Shown here: positions 1 to 12,720 of the stretch, one piece after another
Position numbering within the stretch: the first letter of the stretch is position 1
Layout: the number at the start of each line of letters is the position of its first letter
Origin: Octopus sinensis
Taxonomy: Eukaryota
Reading direction: 5' to 3'
DNA length: 64,000 bases
Assembly: GCF_006345805.1 (NCBI RefSeq)
Contig: NC_042997.1
Location: forward strand, 163,990,001-164,054,000
Made by a program: the position numbers and the translations under genes
The notes under the pieces: generated by a model
What the model saw: only the letters and a program-made list of their open reading frames with translations
Database searches by the model: none
What the model was told of the DNA's origin: nothing

Positions 1-1559
1 AGTTTAACAAGGCAATAAATATTAATTTAATGAAAAAAATTATTGGTGGTTATTTTATGATAGAAATTTGTATATATTATCTCTGTACAAAGAATTTATG
101 TTCTATTTCAACCAATATAGATATTTGATCTAGTTTGTTGATGGAGACTAGCAATAATATTATCACTTACTGGAACAAAACCAGAATTTATCAATCAATA
201 ACTTTAGTGTCGCTTAATTGGAATTCTCAGGGGAGCAACAGGCAATGTTCGTGAAGTAGAATTCTAACAAAAGGCAACAAGTCATTAAAAATTTATAAAA
301 ATTTACAATATTTAAAAGGAAGTAAAAGAAAAAAAATAATTGACAAAAAAAAAAAAGATAACAGGCTTAGCAGTATTCCACTGATTGGATCATTTCAGTT
401 ATGCATTATGGATATTTGAGAAAGTTGACAAGTAATTGATCAGCTGCGGGAAATCAATATCTGAAGCAACAAATCAATTTAGGTAATTATTCACAGCTAA
501 TAACTTCAGCGTTATAAATTAGGATAAGAAAAAAATAAGAAGCAGTTTTTCTGTTCTTCAGTCCTGTCCTAATATTGAGTGACCTAAGCAGATTATATAT
601 AAACAAATATGTAATCCTTTGTAAGATGGTCAAAGCAGCAAAATTTGTTAACTTTCTAAGCATGTAAAAATTTTTTTGGTTTTTGGTGAAAAATTTGTGA
701 AGTTGAAAATAAATGAAAAATATAAAATAAACATGGCTTTCGCTGGTTCATTATCATCAATTATTACAGCACCAAATCACAAGTATGAGAAAAACTTTAC
801 AAAGGACTTCATCAAATTGATTGGGTTTACTCTCCTACATTTTTCATTCAATACACACACACACACACAAAAAGCTTTTTGGCTATATTTTTCAAACTAT
901 TCATTCTATAACAGCAGCTAATAACAAATTTACTATTAAAGGGAAAAAAAAAAAATAAGTAAAAACAACTCTCTTCACTCCATGACTGCACCTTTTGGCC
1001 ACAATCCAAAATGTATGTCAGCTAAATTATGTGCTTCTGCTGTTTCAAAACTCACCAATCCTAATACATTACTATTCTGTCAGTAATAGCTGTACTTGCT
1101 CTTGTTTCCAACAGCATGTTATTTCATATTAACTATAACACAATAAACAATATACAACACCCGACTTTTCAACAGCAACATTAGATGTAATTTAGATATG
1201 AATCTGCAGCTCATACAACTTAAGCCCATATTGTCTGGCAATATGTCATGCTTAATTTTTACAAGCATACAATTTATTTTTTTCTTTCTTTTCTTTTATT
1301 TGCTGAGTCTGGAGGAAGGGGCAGTGCCCATGATTTTTGCATGTCCTCCAAGTTCAGTATGCCTGATGTCATTAATATTCCTTTTAAACTATTACTTGTC
1401 AACAGCTACAGGGGAAAACATGAGCAAGAAGATTCCAAAGGGCCAATGCTCTGATCAGAAAGGATTCAACATAGAAGTTACTGTGGGATGAGAGGGGACA
1501 TTGGACACAACAATGTTGACAAGAGGTGAAATGAAGAATGGTACAAGGAGTGCCTGAAT

Positions 1560-2620
1560 GGTGGAAGTATGAATCCAACCAGCTCTGAGGAACAGAGGCC
1601 AATAGAGTTGTGATAGAAAAGATAAAGGAGATAATATAACTGTGTGTCAGAAGCTGATATGTGTCCATTAGTGATTGGTCAAGATGTATGTGTGCATAGC
1701 AGTAGTAATATCACAGATAAGTGAGTAATATTTCATAGTGAAGGGTGTCAAATGCTGCTGGGAGTCAAAACATTTTCTGGTCCTGAAGAGAAGGCCAGTT
1801 TTTGGGATGTAGTCATAATTATGGTAAGCAAGGGCTTATGCCTGGAGAGAGATTCTTGGTGACAATGGGGCCTAGCATCTGGAGTGACCGTGAGGATTCC
1901 AACTGAATGTTGCTAATGTTCAGTGGAGTTGTATGATATGACAGTATTTTCTTCATAGGAGTACTGTTTGAGCTTTTTTGTTGGGAAAAGAGAAGCAATG
2001 TAGGCATGGCTCCACTGGAGGATGCTATCAAGGTCTTCATTTATAGAGTCAATGCAGTTGTCGCATGTAGTGTATCTAGATTGTAAATGGATGATGCATA
2101 GCTGGAAAAAGTTAGGAAGTAATGAAGAGTCATGTCATGTGTGTAAGAGTGGGCATTGCTGGAGTGGCAAGGAGGTCATTGGTGCATCAAGAGAAAAGTG
2201 TGGAGGAACAAAAACCAAAGCTTGAGGAGTTTACAGAGAGTAGGATAGAAAGACCTTCATCAACATATGCTATGATGACATGATTAGATAGAAAGCTACC
2301 AATCCAGGAGATGGGAGATGGGTGGATTCAACAGATGAAAAGTTTTTATAGCAGATTTGTATAAAAGATATGGTTGAAAGAGTTGCTGCTGTTTAGAGCA
2401 ACATTGCTTTCATTGAACTTGTCTAAAGTGAGTTTGTTGATGAGTGACTTATGAAAGTAGGTAACCAGTGAGTCTGGTTCTGTGGAAGCTATACCAGTGG
2501 TCATTGTGGAGAAAAAGAGATTAAAGGCATTGCAAAATGTTATAATTAATAGCTGTCCTCTAGCCTTAGCAATGTTAAAGGTGAAAGCATTGGTAGTTTA
2601 CAGGGTCAGAAAGATTTCCT
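1560..2620 (-). mobile_element. Decayed L2/CR1-clade LINE reverse transcriptase fragment
   Basis: Broken minus-strand frames give SINEDLDSILQWSHA, PLNISNIQLESSRSLQMLGPIVTKNLS and KLAFLFRTRKCFDSQQHL, typical of the post-YADD and thumb region of L2/CR1 RTs. There are many stops and frameshifts. Confidence 0.7.
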
Positions 2621-2664
2621 TTGTAATGGAATGACACACAGGGGTGTGCTTCCAAATGTCAAAA

Positions 2665-2742
2665 TTATGTCCCTTACAGAGGGACTTGAACCCAAGACAT
2701 TCAAATGAAAAGCTTAATGTTTTATTGACTGAGCTATGTGGA
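2665..2742 (-). mobile_element. tRNA-Lys-like SINE head (decayed)
   Basis: The minus strand reads TAGCTCAGTCAATAAAACATTAAGCTTTTCATTTGAATGTCTTGGGTTCAAGTCCCT, colinear with tRNA-Lys(TTT) A and B boxes. It has no acceptor stem, so it is not a functional tRNA. Confidence 0.65.
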
Positions 2743-3179
2743 TGGACAAAACCAACTACTCTAATTGACAGCATTAGAGGATATTATTCATCAATTCAGA
2801 ATCAAATTCTCATTCTTTTAATCCTTATTAGTCTGCGATTCATTAAGAAAGAACATTTAAGCCTTTAATCATTAACATTTATATATTAATACATCATCAT
2901 TAAAATGTGGTTTTCCCATTTATGTAACTGATATTACAACTGCTACTACCCATTTGAACATGTTTCCATCACTATTGAAATTGTTCCTTGTATTTGTTTT
3001 TTTCAACTCATACAATTTCTTAGGTCTGTTATAAAACATACACAAGCTTTTCATTTCAAAACTGAAATATTTTTGTATTTACAAGTCAAACATTTCTATT
3101 AATTAATAACCTTATTTTAAATGGTTTTTGTATCTGGTTTGCAAGACTGTTTATGTGAATTTGCATGTTGAAAAAAATA

Positions 3180-3751
3180 TTGTTGTGTCTAGGGAGAGTC
3201 ATAATGCCTATATAATTAACACATGCACTGGTTCAATTCCACTCCCTTATTATTAGCCAATTGGTTAAATATCTAATTAAATAATTGATCATTTAATTTG
3301 TTTTGTTTTTGTTTGTCAAAGTTCTTTCATTGCTATTTGCAACCTTTTCAATGAATATTGACTTAGTCCGTTATAGAGGCTGTGTTTGTCTGTTTGAGAT
3401 TTTGTTGAGTGTGTGTGTGTGTGTGTGCATGCCAGCATGCGTATGTGTTTGTGTATGTATGTATGTATGTATTCTGCATATTCATGTGTTCATGTGCATG
3501 CTTGTGCATGTTTGTGTATGTATGTATGTATGTATTCTGCATGTGTTTGTGTGCATTTGTTTGTGTGTGTCAGTGTGTCACTGAAAAGGTTGCAAGTAAC
3601 AATGAAAGAGCTTTGACAAGCAAAAACAAAAATTAAACACTTGCTTAGTTAGTTGGATATTTAACCAATTGACTAATAACAAAGGAGTGGGATTGAACCA
3701 GTGTCTGTGTGTTAATAATATTGACATAATGACTCTCCCTAGACACAACAA
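3180..3751. mobile_element. MITE-like element with ~175-bp terminal inverted repeats around a (TG)/(TGTA) microsatellite
   Basis: TTGTTGTGTCTAGGGAGAGTCAT... at 3180 is the reverse complement of ...ATGACTCTCCCTAGACACAACAA ending at 3751. Imperfect complementarity continues to about 3355/3578. No clear TSD. Confidence 0.8.
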
Positions 3752-4758
3752 AACTTATCTTAAATAAGATATGGAAAGCAATAAAGATTCCTACACTTCC
3801 ACCCAATTAGAGCTTACAGAGTTTACTTAATAAATAGCATTTGTCTCTCTGGATGAATATCAAATGTAGCCTTAGAAAGTAAATAGACCAAACAGATTTA
3901 TTCTTCATTATAACGCCTCAAACATTTTGAAATAAATAATGAACAGTTGACTTTTACCTCACACTTTATAATCCTCAGTGTAATATTTACTATGATACAA
4001 CAGAGAAGGTGATGAGATATTCTGAAGAAACAGAACAATAAAAGTAGAGTTTAAACTTCTCAGTAATACAAGGCAACACATTTCTAGATACACAGCCTGA
4101 CATTAGATACCTTGTTATGATAAAATATTTTTTTATTAAAATATATTTTTTGAGGAAAATGAATAAAATGCTCACTGAAGTTCAAATAAACAATGTGAAA
4201 AATTCCCTTCTAGTTCAATTTTATTGCATTATTTCTCAATATGCTCTGCTTGATATGTGCTGTTCTTTTCTATAAGTTGCCACACATGCAATAGTCCTAC
4301 AAATAAATTACCATATGAATGTGCATATAAGTATTGACAACTATATTGCCTTAACTCATAATTCAAATACATTTCAGTCAATGTAGTCAACAGTGAAAAG
4401 ATAAAGATCACAAGACAGATTTACACTCTGCTACACATTATCACTTAGCACCTTACAGCTAGACTTCATCTGCTACTTCATACTATAGTATTAAAAAAAA
4501 TTTAAACAATAGCTCAAAAGTCCACAACCGGACCCCAAACTGAACTGAATAAAATGTAAATACTATGTATGGTTAAATGTGATAGAAATCAACTATTATT
4601 AGTGTTATTTGATAAGTGATACGTATAATTAAATAATATGGATATAAAAGCTTTAAAAAAACTTTGTAGCCTTAGTGGAAGTATAATGTATTAATAGCAA
4701 TAGAATGCACACATGCAGTATATTCATCCTTCAAAGTTTTCAATTCTCTCAACTTTAC

Positions 4759-4932
4759 CTTGTATTTATCTTGATCATCTATTTCCCCGGGTGTCAATTG
4801 TTTCAGTAAAAGTGTCAGACTCTTTAAAGACTTATGCCTGGTGCACAGATGCATCGCAGTTTGACCTTCATTGTCTTTCTCACGGCAGTTTGCATTTCTT
4901 GATAACAGTAATTTCAATAGACGAAAATTACC
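4759..4932 (-). CDS. INVS: Inversin internal coding exon (174 nt, phase 0/0), ankyrin repeats
   Basis: The minus strand reads tctattag|GGTAAT...TACAAG|gtaaag and encodes GNFRLLKLLLSRNANCREKDNEGQTAMHLCTRHKSLKSLTLLLKQLTPGEIDDQDKYK. This aligns without gaps to vertebrate inversin as I recall it (GNYRFMKLLLTRRANWMQKDLEEMTPLHLTTRHRSPKCLALLLKFMAPGEVDTQDKNK). Confidence 0.93.
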
Positions 4933-7900
4933 CTAATAGAAATAAAAAAAAGAAAAGAAATCATTCATTTTTCTGAAATCTATCAATAGACAACAGTCAA
5001 TGCATAAACAGACAGGCAGGCGGGCAGATAGACAGACAGAGAGACAGACAGACACACACACACATACACACACCAAATGAATCACATGAAATATTAAAAT
5101 ATATCAACAATAACAATAATTAGGAGTTACAGCGAGTTGAATGGCAGACTGTCTACTGAAAGGTTAGTAGTTTGCATCATTTTAATGAAACTAAGGACAT
5201 GACTAAAACTACAAACTCTTACATTTTTCATGACTGAAACATTTAACATTGAATAACCCAGTCTGTGTAGCTGCAAGTAGAAATCATAGTTATGGTATAG
5301 CTCAATCCTATTCAAGCATCAGAAGTGAATGCTTCCAGAGTATATCTCCTGATACCAGAAGACTATCTAGTCTCTATCAAAACTTTTATTTACTTTTCAA
5401 AAACTTCATTTCACTAAATGATTAATTGAATACAATGAAACCTTATACAAAAGCTCATTTCTTGACTGCTCAATCTTTATGTCTACAAATTTAACACATA
5501 AATACATCTGGTTTGTATTGCTATTCAAGATCACACAGTTAAATCATTTGAATTTTCAGACATTCTTTTCAGAATTTCTTCCGACATTCAACTTCGTTTC
5601 TTTGAATAGAAGTAGAAACCAAGAAGTGAGAACAACATCAATTTAGTTCTGCCTAAACAGTGACACATTAGAATAGAATATTCCAGTAACACTGAGATAA
5701 CAGTAATTTGTTGCTTTCAGTGACTTTTCAATACTTAGAACAGTAGGAAGCCAAATAAACCATCAGGTTTGATTTGTTATTGTGCCTAGTTTGGCCCTCA
5801 TTGTGATAGATTTAAATAATGGTGGAAACAAATCTTTCTTTAATGTAGCAGGGGTTGATAAAATAAGCGTCCAGAATATTCTAGGGATCAATACATATCA
5901 CTCTAAATAAAATTGGCCCTGTGCCTTGGACAGAGAGAATAAACATTTTCTAGTACAACAAGGAAATTGAAAAAAATGTTTGCTTATATTTTCTTTTCTT
6001 CCTGTTCATGAAAGCCAGTCCAGCATGTAATAAACCAATAGCAATAATGATGATACTGATGATGATGATGTTGGTGGTGCTGCTGGTAACAATGATGATG
6101 ATAATGGTGGTGGTGCTGCTGCTGATGATGATGATAATTGTTAAAACTAATGTTGATTATTATCTTTAATATACCTGTAGAAATATGCCCTAGGTGGCAG
6201 TTTTTAAAGATTTACATTTTAAAACAAAAAACAGTGAATCAACTCCACCTAATTAGCAAAGCACTGCATTCGATTCTATCTTGCAAATGAAATTCACCTC
6301 GACTGTTGTGTAAAATATATCAACAAATAAATTTCACAATGGACATGAATCAAATCTAAAATTAACAACTGTGAAATTGGCACTCAGCATGTGATCCTTA
6401 ATACAAGATTGGCAAAACCAATAAAGGATATTGAATGGAAATAAATTAATATTATGTTCAACAGTTATTAACTGTGTTTTAAATCAGTAGTCACACTTTG
6501 ATCAATATACAATATATAACTCTAAAAAATATCATTTTCACCATTTTTCCCTCTCTAATATTGACAACATCAAGGTTAGGTTGACAATGATGGTGGTGAT
6601 GCTGATGATGATAATGGCAATGACAAAGAGGTGGAGGGAGGTTGTGTCTGTACTGATGTGGTTGATAACAATAACTTTCTCTTTGACAACATAAAAATAC
6701 CGATAAGTTTGTCTTTAAGATAAAACTAAGTTAGAAATTAAGTTGTGGAATGTGTTCTATAACAAACATCAAAGTTAATAATTGATTTCTTAATTCTTAT
6801 ATAAACTTTCCCTGATAACGGGCTTATTTATTTGCTTTTATGAATCTAAGTATGTATTTATATATTAAGATAATACATACATAAATACATACCTAAATAC
6901 ATACATAGATAGATATAGATATATATAACCAGACAAAAAAAGACATTTTGCAACAAAAGCAAACACGAATGAATAAAGATATGCGAACAAAAATGTTAAG
7001 GAAAAGTATGACACATAAACATTGATGGAAATTGCTAAGATAATTAAAAAAACATACAGCATTAAGGAAAAAGAAAAAGTAAAATACAAAATAATGTGAA
7101 GTTATATTGAAGAAAAGGGTAAAAAAGATATAACTGTATGCTTGACGCTTCGTTTTGCCAGGCTTTATTAAAAAATGTATGGTAATGCAGTCAGAATGAT
7201 TTCATTGGCAGACACATACCAACCCCTAAAACGTTGGCTTTTTATTAAGCGCAAAAGAAATCAATATTTATTTATACATTTTCTTTGACAAGACAAGCGA
7301 TGGTAACTAACCGAGTGACAATGTTCATTCTTGTGGATTAGACAATTAAAAGAATGAACATTTCTAACAAGTTTTTGCATCCTGACAGTCCCAGTGACAG
7401 ATTCTCTTTGCACTATTGTGTATCAGTCAGTGTTGTTTATAAGGAGGAAACTCTTCAAGACTGGCAATCCGCCATGTTGCCACATAGCCGAGATTCTCAA
7501 TGACAAAAAGTACAGACATGAAACTGTAATCTAAGCAAAGAAGTAGCAAGTTAGCTGTCTTATGGCCATTTTCATTCTCGTTTATTGTTGATGTCTGTGG
7601 AATAACTTAATGACTCTTTTGCTTTGCTTTATATCCAGTGTAATCTTATTGATATTTTACTGTTATATTTTATGTATGTTTTTGTTTTATTCTTCAATTA
7701 ACTGAAGTTCATTCAACAAAACAAAAACCAGTCTGTAACCAAAAATCAAATATAATCACTCTAATTTGAAGAGACGAGTGCCGATTTCTTTCAATAAGAG
7801 GTGATTCAGTAAAAGGCAATAAGTGAGGGAAGTTAATGTACCATGAAGTGATAAGAAATAATAAGGGAACTTCTATGCGGTTGTTTCACTTGCTTGAAAT

Positions 7901-8427
7901 AGCAGTCAAATCTTCCTCAAATTACACCTTATTTTAAAAACAGAAAAGATACTTTGTATAACATAGTCCTAGATCAGTGTCAGTATCAGTTCTTCCTCTT
8001 GAGTTCATTGGGCAGTAATGTTCTCTGTTTACTGCAGTTTTCTCTATATCTGCCCATGCAATGCTGGCCTTTCTCATGTTGATTACGAATGTTTTGTGCT
8101 ATTATAGAATTTGGTCTTCCTCTCTTTCTTTTTCCTTCTGGTGTTATCCATTTGAAAGTTGTTTTAAAACAGTGTTAGATACCCTTAAAAAATGGGATGG
8201 TCAAGACTGGAACACTTCTGATAAGCAATCTGCTCAATGACAAGCTTAACAGCAACAAGGGAAAAGACTCTTTTGTTGATATTTACAATAATTCAACATC
8301 TTTATACAAATAGAGAATCTATGAGAATTTTAATTAAATCAGTGAGAAGCAGGAGCTCAGATCTTTGAGAAAGTCTCTATTGCTGTTAAAGTTATTGCTA
8401 TTGCTTTTATTTTTATTATTCCATGTG

Positions 8428-8730
8428 AGAGCACATGGCTAAGTGGTTAGGGTGTTGCATTCACAATTGCAAGATCATGGTTTCAATTTCTAGACCAGGT
8501 GGTGCATTGTGTTCTTGAGCAAAACACTTTATCTCTATTGCTCTGTGATCACTTCAACACTTGATGTGTGGTACACTGTGCACCTGTTCAGGTAGTGTTG
8601 ATTTGATGGCGGGAATGACCTAATGTATAGCACATACATTTGATCACTATAAACAAATAATTTGTGCAGGTCATTCGGAAAAAGCTGAACGCTCATATGT
8701 TATCTTCAATGGGAGAGTCCATCATTATTG
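8428..8730 (+). mobile_element. tRNA-derived SINE
   Basis: A box TGGCTAAGTGG at 8436-8446 and B-box-like GGTTTCAATTTC, followed by GTGTTCTTGAGCAAAACACTT, a typical SINE body. Confidence 0.7.
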
Positions 8731-8733
8731 TTA

Positions 8734-9430
8734 TTAGGTTGTTCCAAAAATAATAGCCGATTTCAGAAACATAATTTTATTCTAGTAAAATTAACAATAG
8801 AAATGTTTTGATTAGTCAAAGTATGAGCCATGAACATCTAAGCATCTCTGATCAATCAACGAAATTATTTATGCCTCGTTGATAAAAACTTATTGGCTTT
8901 GATGCCAAGAAATCTTTGAAAGCTGATTCCACCTCTGGTTTGGACCTGAAAGTTTTATCACTTAAAGACATGCTTAAATGCTTTAAAAAATGGTAGTCAA
9001 TTGGGTGAAAGATCAGGAGAATATGGAGGATGTGGTCAAGTCTTGTATCCCAAGCCTGTGAGTTTCTGCAGTGTCATTCTTGCAACATGTAGCTTTGCAT
9101 TTTGTGGATCAGAATTGGCCCACACTGATTCATCAATGCAGGTCTCATTTTTGGCAAATGAGCATGCATTTCAGTGAGTTGATTGCAGTAAACCTCTGCT
9201 GTAATGCTCTGATTGGCTTTCAGAAAGCTGTAATAGACAACACCAATCGAAGACCACCTGACAGTCACCATAATCTTTTGCTGATGCAACTTTGGCTTTG
9301 GGAAATGTTTGGGGGACTCATCATGATCAAGACATTGACCTGATTGTTTATGGTTATCATAAAGTACATGATAACTCTTCCAATCAGTTGATATCAGAAG
9401 CCATGGGAGCCAGTGTTTGTTACTGCATCA
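8734..9430 (-). mobile_element. Mariner transposon, 3' half (decayed)
   Basis: TA followed by TIR TTAGGTTGTTCCAAAAATAATAGCCGATT at 8734. The minus-strand ORF 9074-9289 (KIMVTVRWSSIGVVYYSFLKANQSITAEVYCNQL) and downstream DYHFF are mariner transposase motifs. Confidence 0.85.
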
Positions 9431-9459
9431 AGGCATTTATAATTATTATTATCATTCTT

Positions 9460-9660
9460 AAGGCAGTAAGCTGGTGGAATTGTTAGCATGCCAGACAAAA
9501 TACTTAGCAGCATTTTGCCCACCTTTATGTTGATAGCTCAAACTTTGCCTTTCATCCTTTTGGGGTCAATAAAATAAATACCAGTTGAGCACTGGGTCGA
9601 CGAAATTGGCTAGACCCCCTTCCCCAGAATTTCAGGCCTTATACTTATAATGGAAAGGGT
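9460..9660 (+). mobile_element. tRNA-derived SINE (TTTGCCTTTCATCC family), decayed
   Basis: It shares CTTTGCCTTTCATCCTTTTGGGGTCAATAAAATAAATACCAG with copies near 25860, 36300 and 60620. Confidence 0.7.
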
Positions 9661-9675
9661 CATTATTGTTTTTGT

Positions 9676-9681
9676 TATTAC

Positions 9682-9724
<43 letters not shown>

Positions 9725-10285
9725 GAGTGAGAGAGCAGTGCATGCCATCAAAGTGACACTGGGGTAAAATATATGAAGCCCAGTATACCCATCATGACTA
9801 CCTGTCTGATAAGGGTACACCAGGCACATGCATCACAACCATATGTGCATGACATGGTGATCTCATATCAAGATAAACAGCGCATGACCTTGCAGGTGGA
9901 GCCCAGTTAGAATTTTCTTCTGGTTGAATAGCCCACCCCGCTCAAAAGGACCCTAAATAAGGTTTGTTTAAGGATGTTGAACAAACCACCTATGTTTCCA
10001 GAGGTGAATTATCCAAACCTCCAAGAATTCCTTTCAACACACGGCTATGATGCTCCCCCACTACTTTTGCTTGTGATCAGGGATGCATATATCGTCAACC
10101 ACTAAGGGACATGGTCAACTGGTTATGGTCAAACAACTGAAAAGCAAATCTGTGGTATTGAGCAGAATATTTGCTGTAGCCCATCTTTTATACCAAGACA
10201 AAACAATGTACTTGATAACACTTCCAATCACTTAAGATCAGCAGCCATGAGAGCCAGTCTGGTACTGCATCAGGGCGTTTATTAT
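9676..10285 (-). repeat. (ATT)n microsatellite plus ~560-bp interspersed repeat, probably a non-LTR element with an (AAT)n tail
   Basis: A GC-richer non-coding block sits between two (ATT)n tracts. The family assignment is inferred from the tail only. Confidence 0.4.
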
Positions 10286-11079
10286 TATTATTATTACTAC
10301 TACTTATTTTTTTTAACACTGTCACATTGTCAAAGATTGTATCTTTAGACTTGTATGTAACATTCCTAGCATTAACATCTACTATTTCTCTGTTCATATC
10401 TCTGTTTAACAGCAGTTAAACCTAGCAGAGTGAAAAAACAGATTTTCTTTGATTTCAGTGTGAAAAAAATTGTATTAGAGAAATCTCAACTATCTCCACC
10501 AACCAACTTCAGGTGTGTAAATATTTAGTAATGGAAATATATCAATGATTAAATTTGGAATTAAGCAAAGATTAAACTGATAGTGATTGTTCTTCACTGA
10601 ACCAATCTATGATCAAAGGTATTCCAGCTGTGATTGATCTATATCTTTTTAGTTTAAATGACTGAGTTTGATTTGAGAGAATCCTGACTAGTATTTCTAG
10701 TAGATTAGGGAACAGTGTAAACCCCTTCATAAACTTATAATGAAGATCTAATTGATACCTGTTTCTTCACTATATATCAGCTATAGATATTCTTTATTTG
10801 ACCAAATTTTCCTTTGATTTTAGCATTGTCAAACAACTGACCTCTATAATACAACAGTCAAGGAGATTTAAAAAGATCACTCCACCTGCTACAAAATAGC
10901 ATCCAAATACTTCACTCAAATCACACCTTAATATGTTTATAAAAAAGGAAAAGACATATTGGATAATATTGTCTGAGATAAATTATGCATGAAAGAAAAA
11001 AAAGATGACATGATCATAACAAGAATTCCCCTCTGGCAGCTCGATCAGGATAAACCAAGAACTAAACAACGATTACATA

Positions 11080-11500
11080 TGGTAGGTGCACAGGGATAAT
11101 AAATTCTATGAGTTTGTGCAAAATAGGCTCTCTAATGTTCTTGACAAATGGTTGATAGCTCCTGTTATCTAGAGGACCCATTAATAGTGGGGATGGTGAT
11201 CAGTAAACATATTATCAGAATAGGAGCTTATTGGAAAAAGTTCAGTGAGATGGTAACAAAGGTGCTTTTCCCTTCACAATGAAAGACAGATGATTGTGTA
11301 TGAAGCATGATGCTGCAAAGTATTGAGATGTGAGCCTTGAATACAGAAGATTTGTAGAAGCTAGAAAGCAATGAAGTGAGCATACTCTGTTGCATCAGTC
11401 CAATAAGTTTACATGAACAGTGCAGTCAGTACAAATCAGCTGAGAAAAAAATGAGCACAAAAGGAATCAGCACACTCTGTAAAGTGGTTGGCATTGGGAG
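11080..11500 (+). mobile_element. RTE-clade LINE ORF C-terminal remnant
   Basis: Translates to MMLQSIEM*ALNTEDL*KLESNEVSILC, matching the RTE-type motif MLHGSETWAL.AED..RLERNEASMLRW seen in better form at 51480-51547. Confidence 0.6.
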
Positions 11501-12499
11501 TGATTAAGTTAAACCTAATATTTCACTGGTACGTAACTCTATTCACCTCAGAAGGGCAAAGGTAAAACTAACCTTGGTGGAGTCAGGTTTGAATTTCAGC
11601 CCTTAACTAAAATCCACATAGCACTGTGTTCAATGCTGAAATGATTCTGCTAATTTATTGTCCAAAATTTACAAAAAACTAAAATCAATGCAAAATTCAA
11701 TCTTATCTAAGATAATCAATATTTTATATCAACAATTGTTCAATTCAGAATATTTCATCTACAAAAACTAGGTTAATCCAGTAGCCCCAGGGCTATAGGA
11801 CATCAATCAGATGTCATAATGAGATAAATTCTAACAATCATTTCCAAATAAAAAATGTTAAATTTATCACAAAAAGATAAACATTTCTTTTCAGTTAACA
11901 TGGTGCCACAATCAATGAAGAAAACTCTACTTGGTTGTACAACATGCAAAACTTGATAGCCAAGTCTCCTTCAAATCATATTTAAAGAATGAGATTTTAA
12001 AAAATAAGGTGAGATGGCCATAGCTGGAACACTTTTTAGTGCAGACCTACTTGATCTGCACTACAGGCCACAACTTGTCTGATTTGATCCTGGTTTAGTT
12101 AGCCTTTTACTGTTGTTGTCAGTCTAAAAGATACCAGAAGTTGTCAATATCTTGCTTATCTCCCAAACAATGGAGTAGTGTCATAAATCATACCCAAATG
12201 CTGGTTCTCCATTTGATGTGTTTATAACAAATATAAATTACTATATTTCAATGAATTTGACTTTATTATATATCGTCAAATAAACTGCAACCATAAATTG
12301 CATAATTTATATGACTGAATCTACTTTATGATTAAGTCTTTAACCTACATATGAACCATTCTTAAGTCAAGAAGGGCTTCTGAGAGCTGGTGCTTATCAC
12401 TGCTTCCAAGGTATGAGATAGATGGGAAGTACATCTGTTTGTCTAATGTGGTTAATGTTCCCAGGAGTTTGGCACCTATTCCAGAAATGTAAGAGAAGT

Positions 12500-12720
12500 G
12501 AAAAGGCGTCGTCGTCATCGTAAGCATCATCGGTGGCAGCGGCAGTGTCGTAGGCGTCATTGGTGGTGGTGGCGGCGTAGGCGTCTTCTTCTTCTTGCAT
12601 GCTGACAAAGGTTGGATGGTTTGACAAGATCAAACAAGCTACAAGGACAAGTCAAGCTCCAATGTCAGCTTTGGCAAGGTATCTACGGCTGGGTACCCTT
12701 TACAAAGTGTACTGGCTGCT
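12500..12720 (-). mobile_element. RTE 3'UTR fragment with degenerate trinucleotide tail
   Basis: TTGCATGCTGACAAAGGTTGGATGGTTTGAC...GGCAAGGTATCTACGGCTGG is a diverged copy of the RTE tail family. Confidence 0.55.

Noticed and set aside
2665-2742. Functional tRNA-Lys gene
   Set aside because: There is no acceptor stem and the D and anticodon arms are disrupted, so it is a SINE head.
1-4758. Next INVS exon (expected QTALHW...)
   Set aside because: No matching sequence was seen, so it presumably lies left of the window.
7140-7215. GAAGCGTC and CCAATGA on the minus strand as a decayed hammerhead
   Set aside because: Neither stem I nor stem II pairs.
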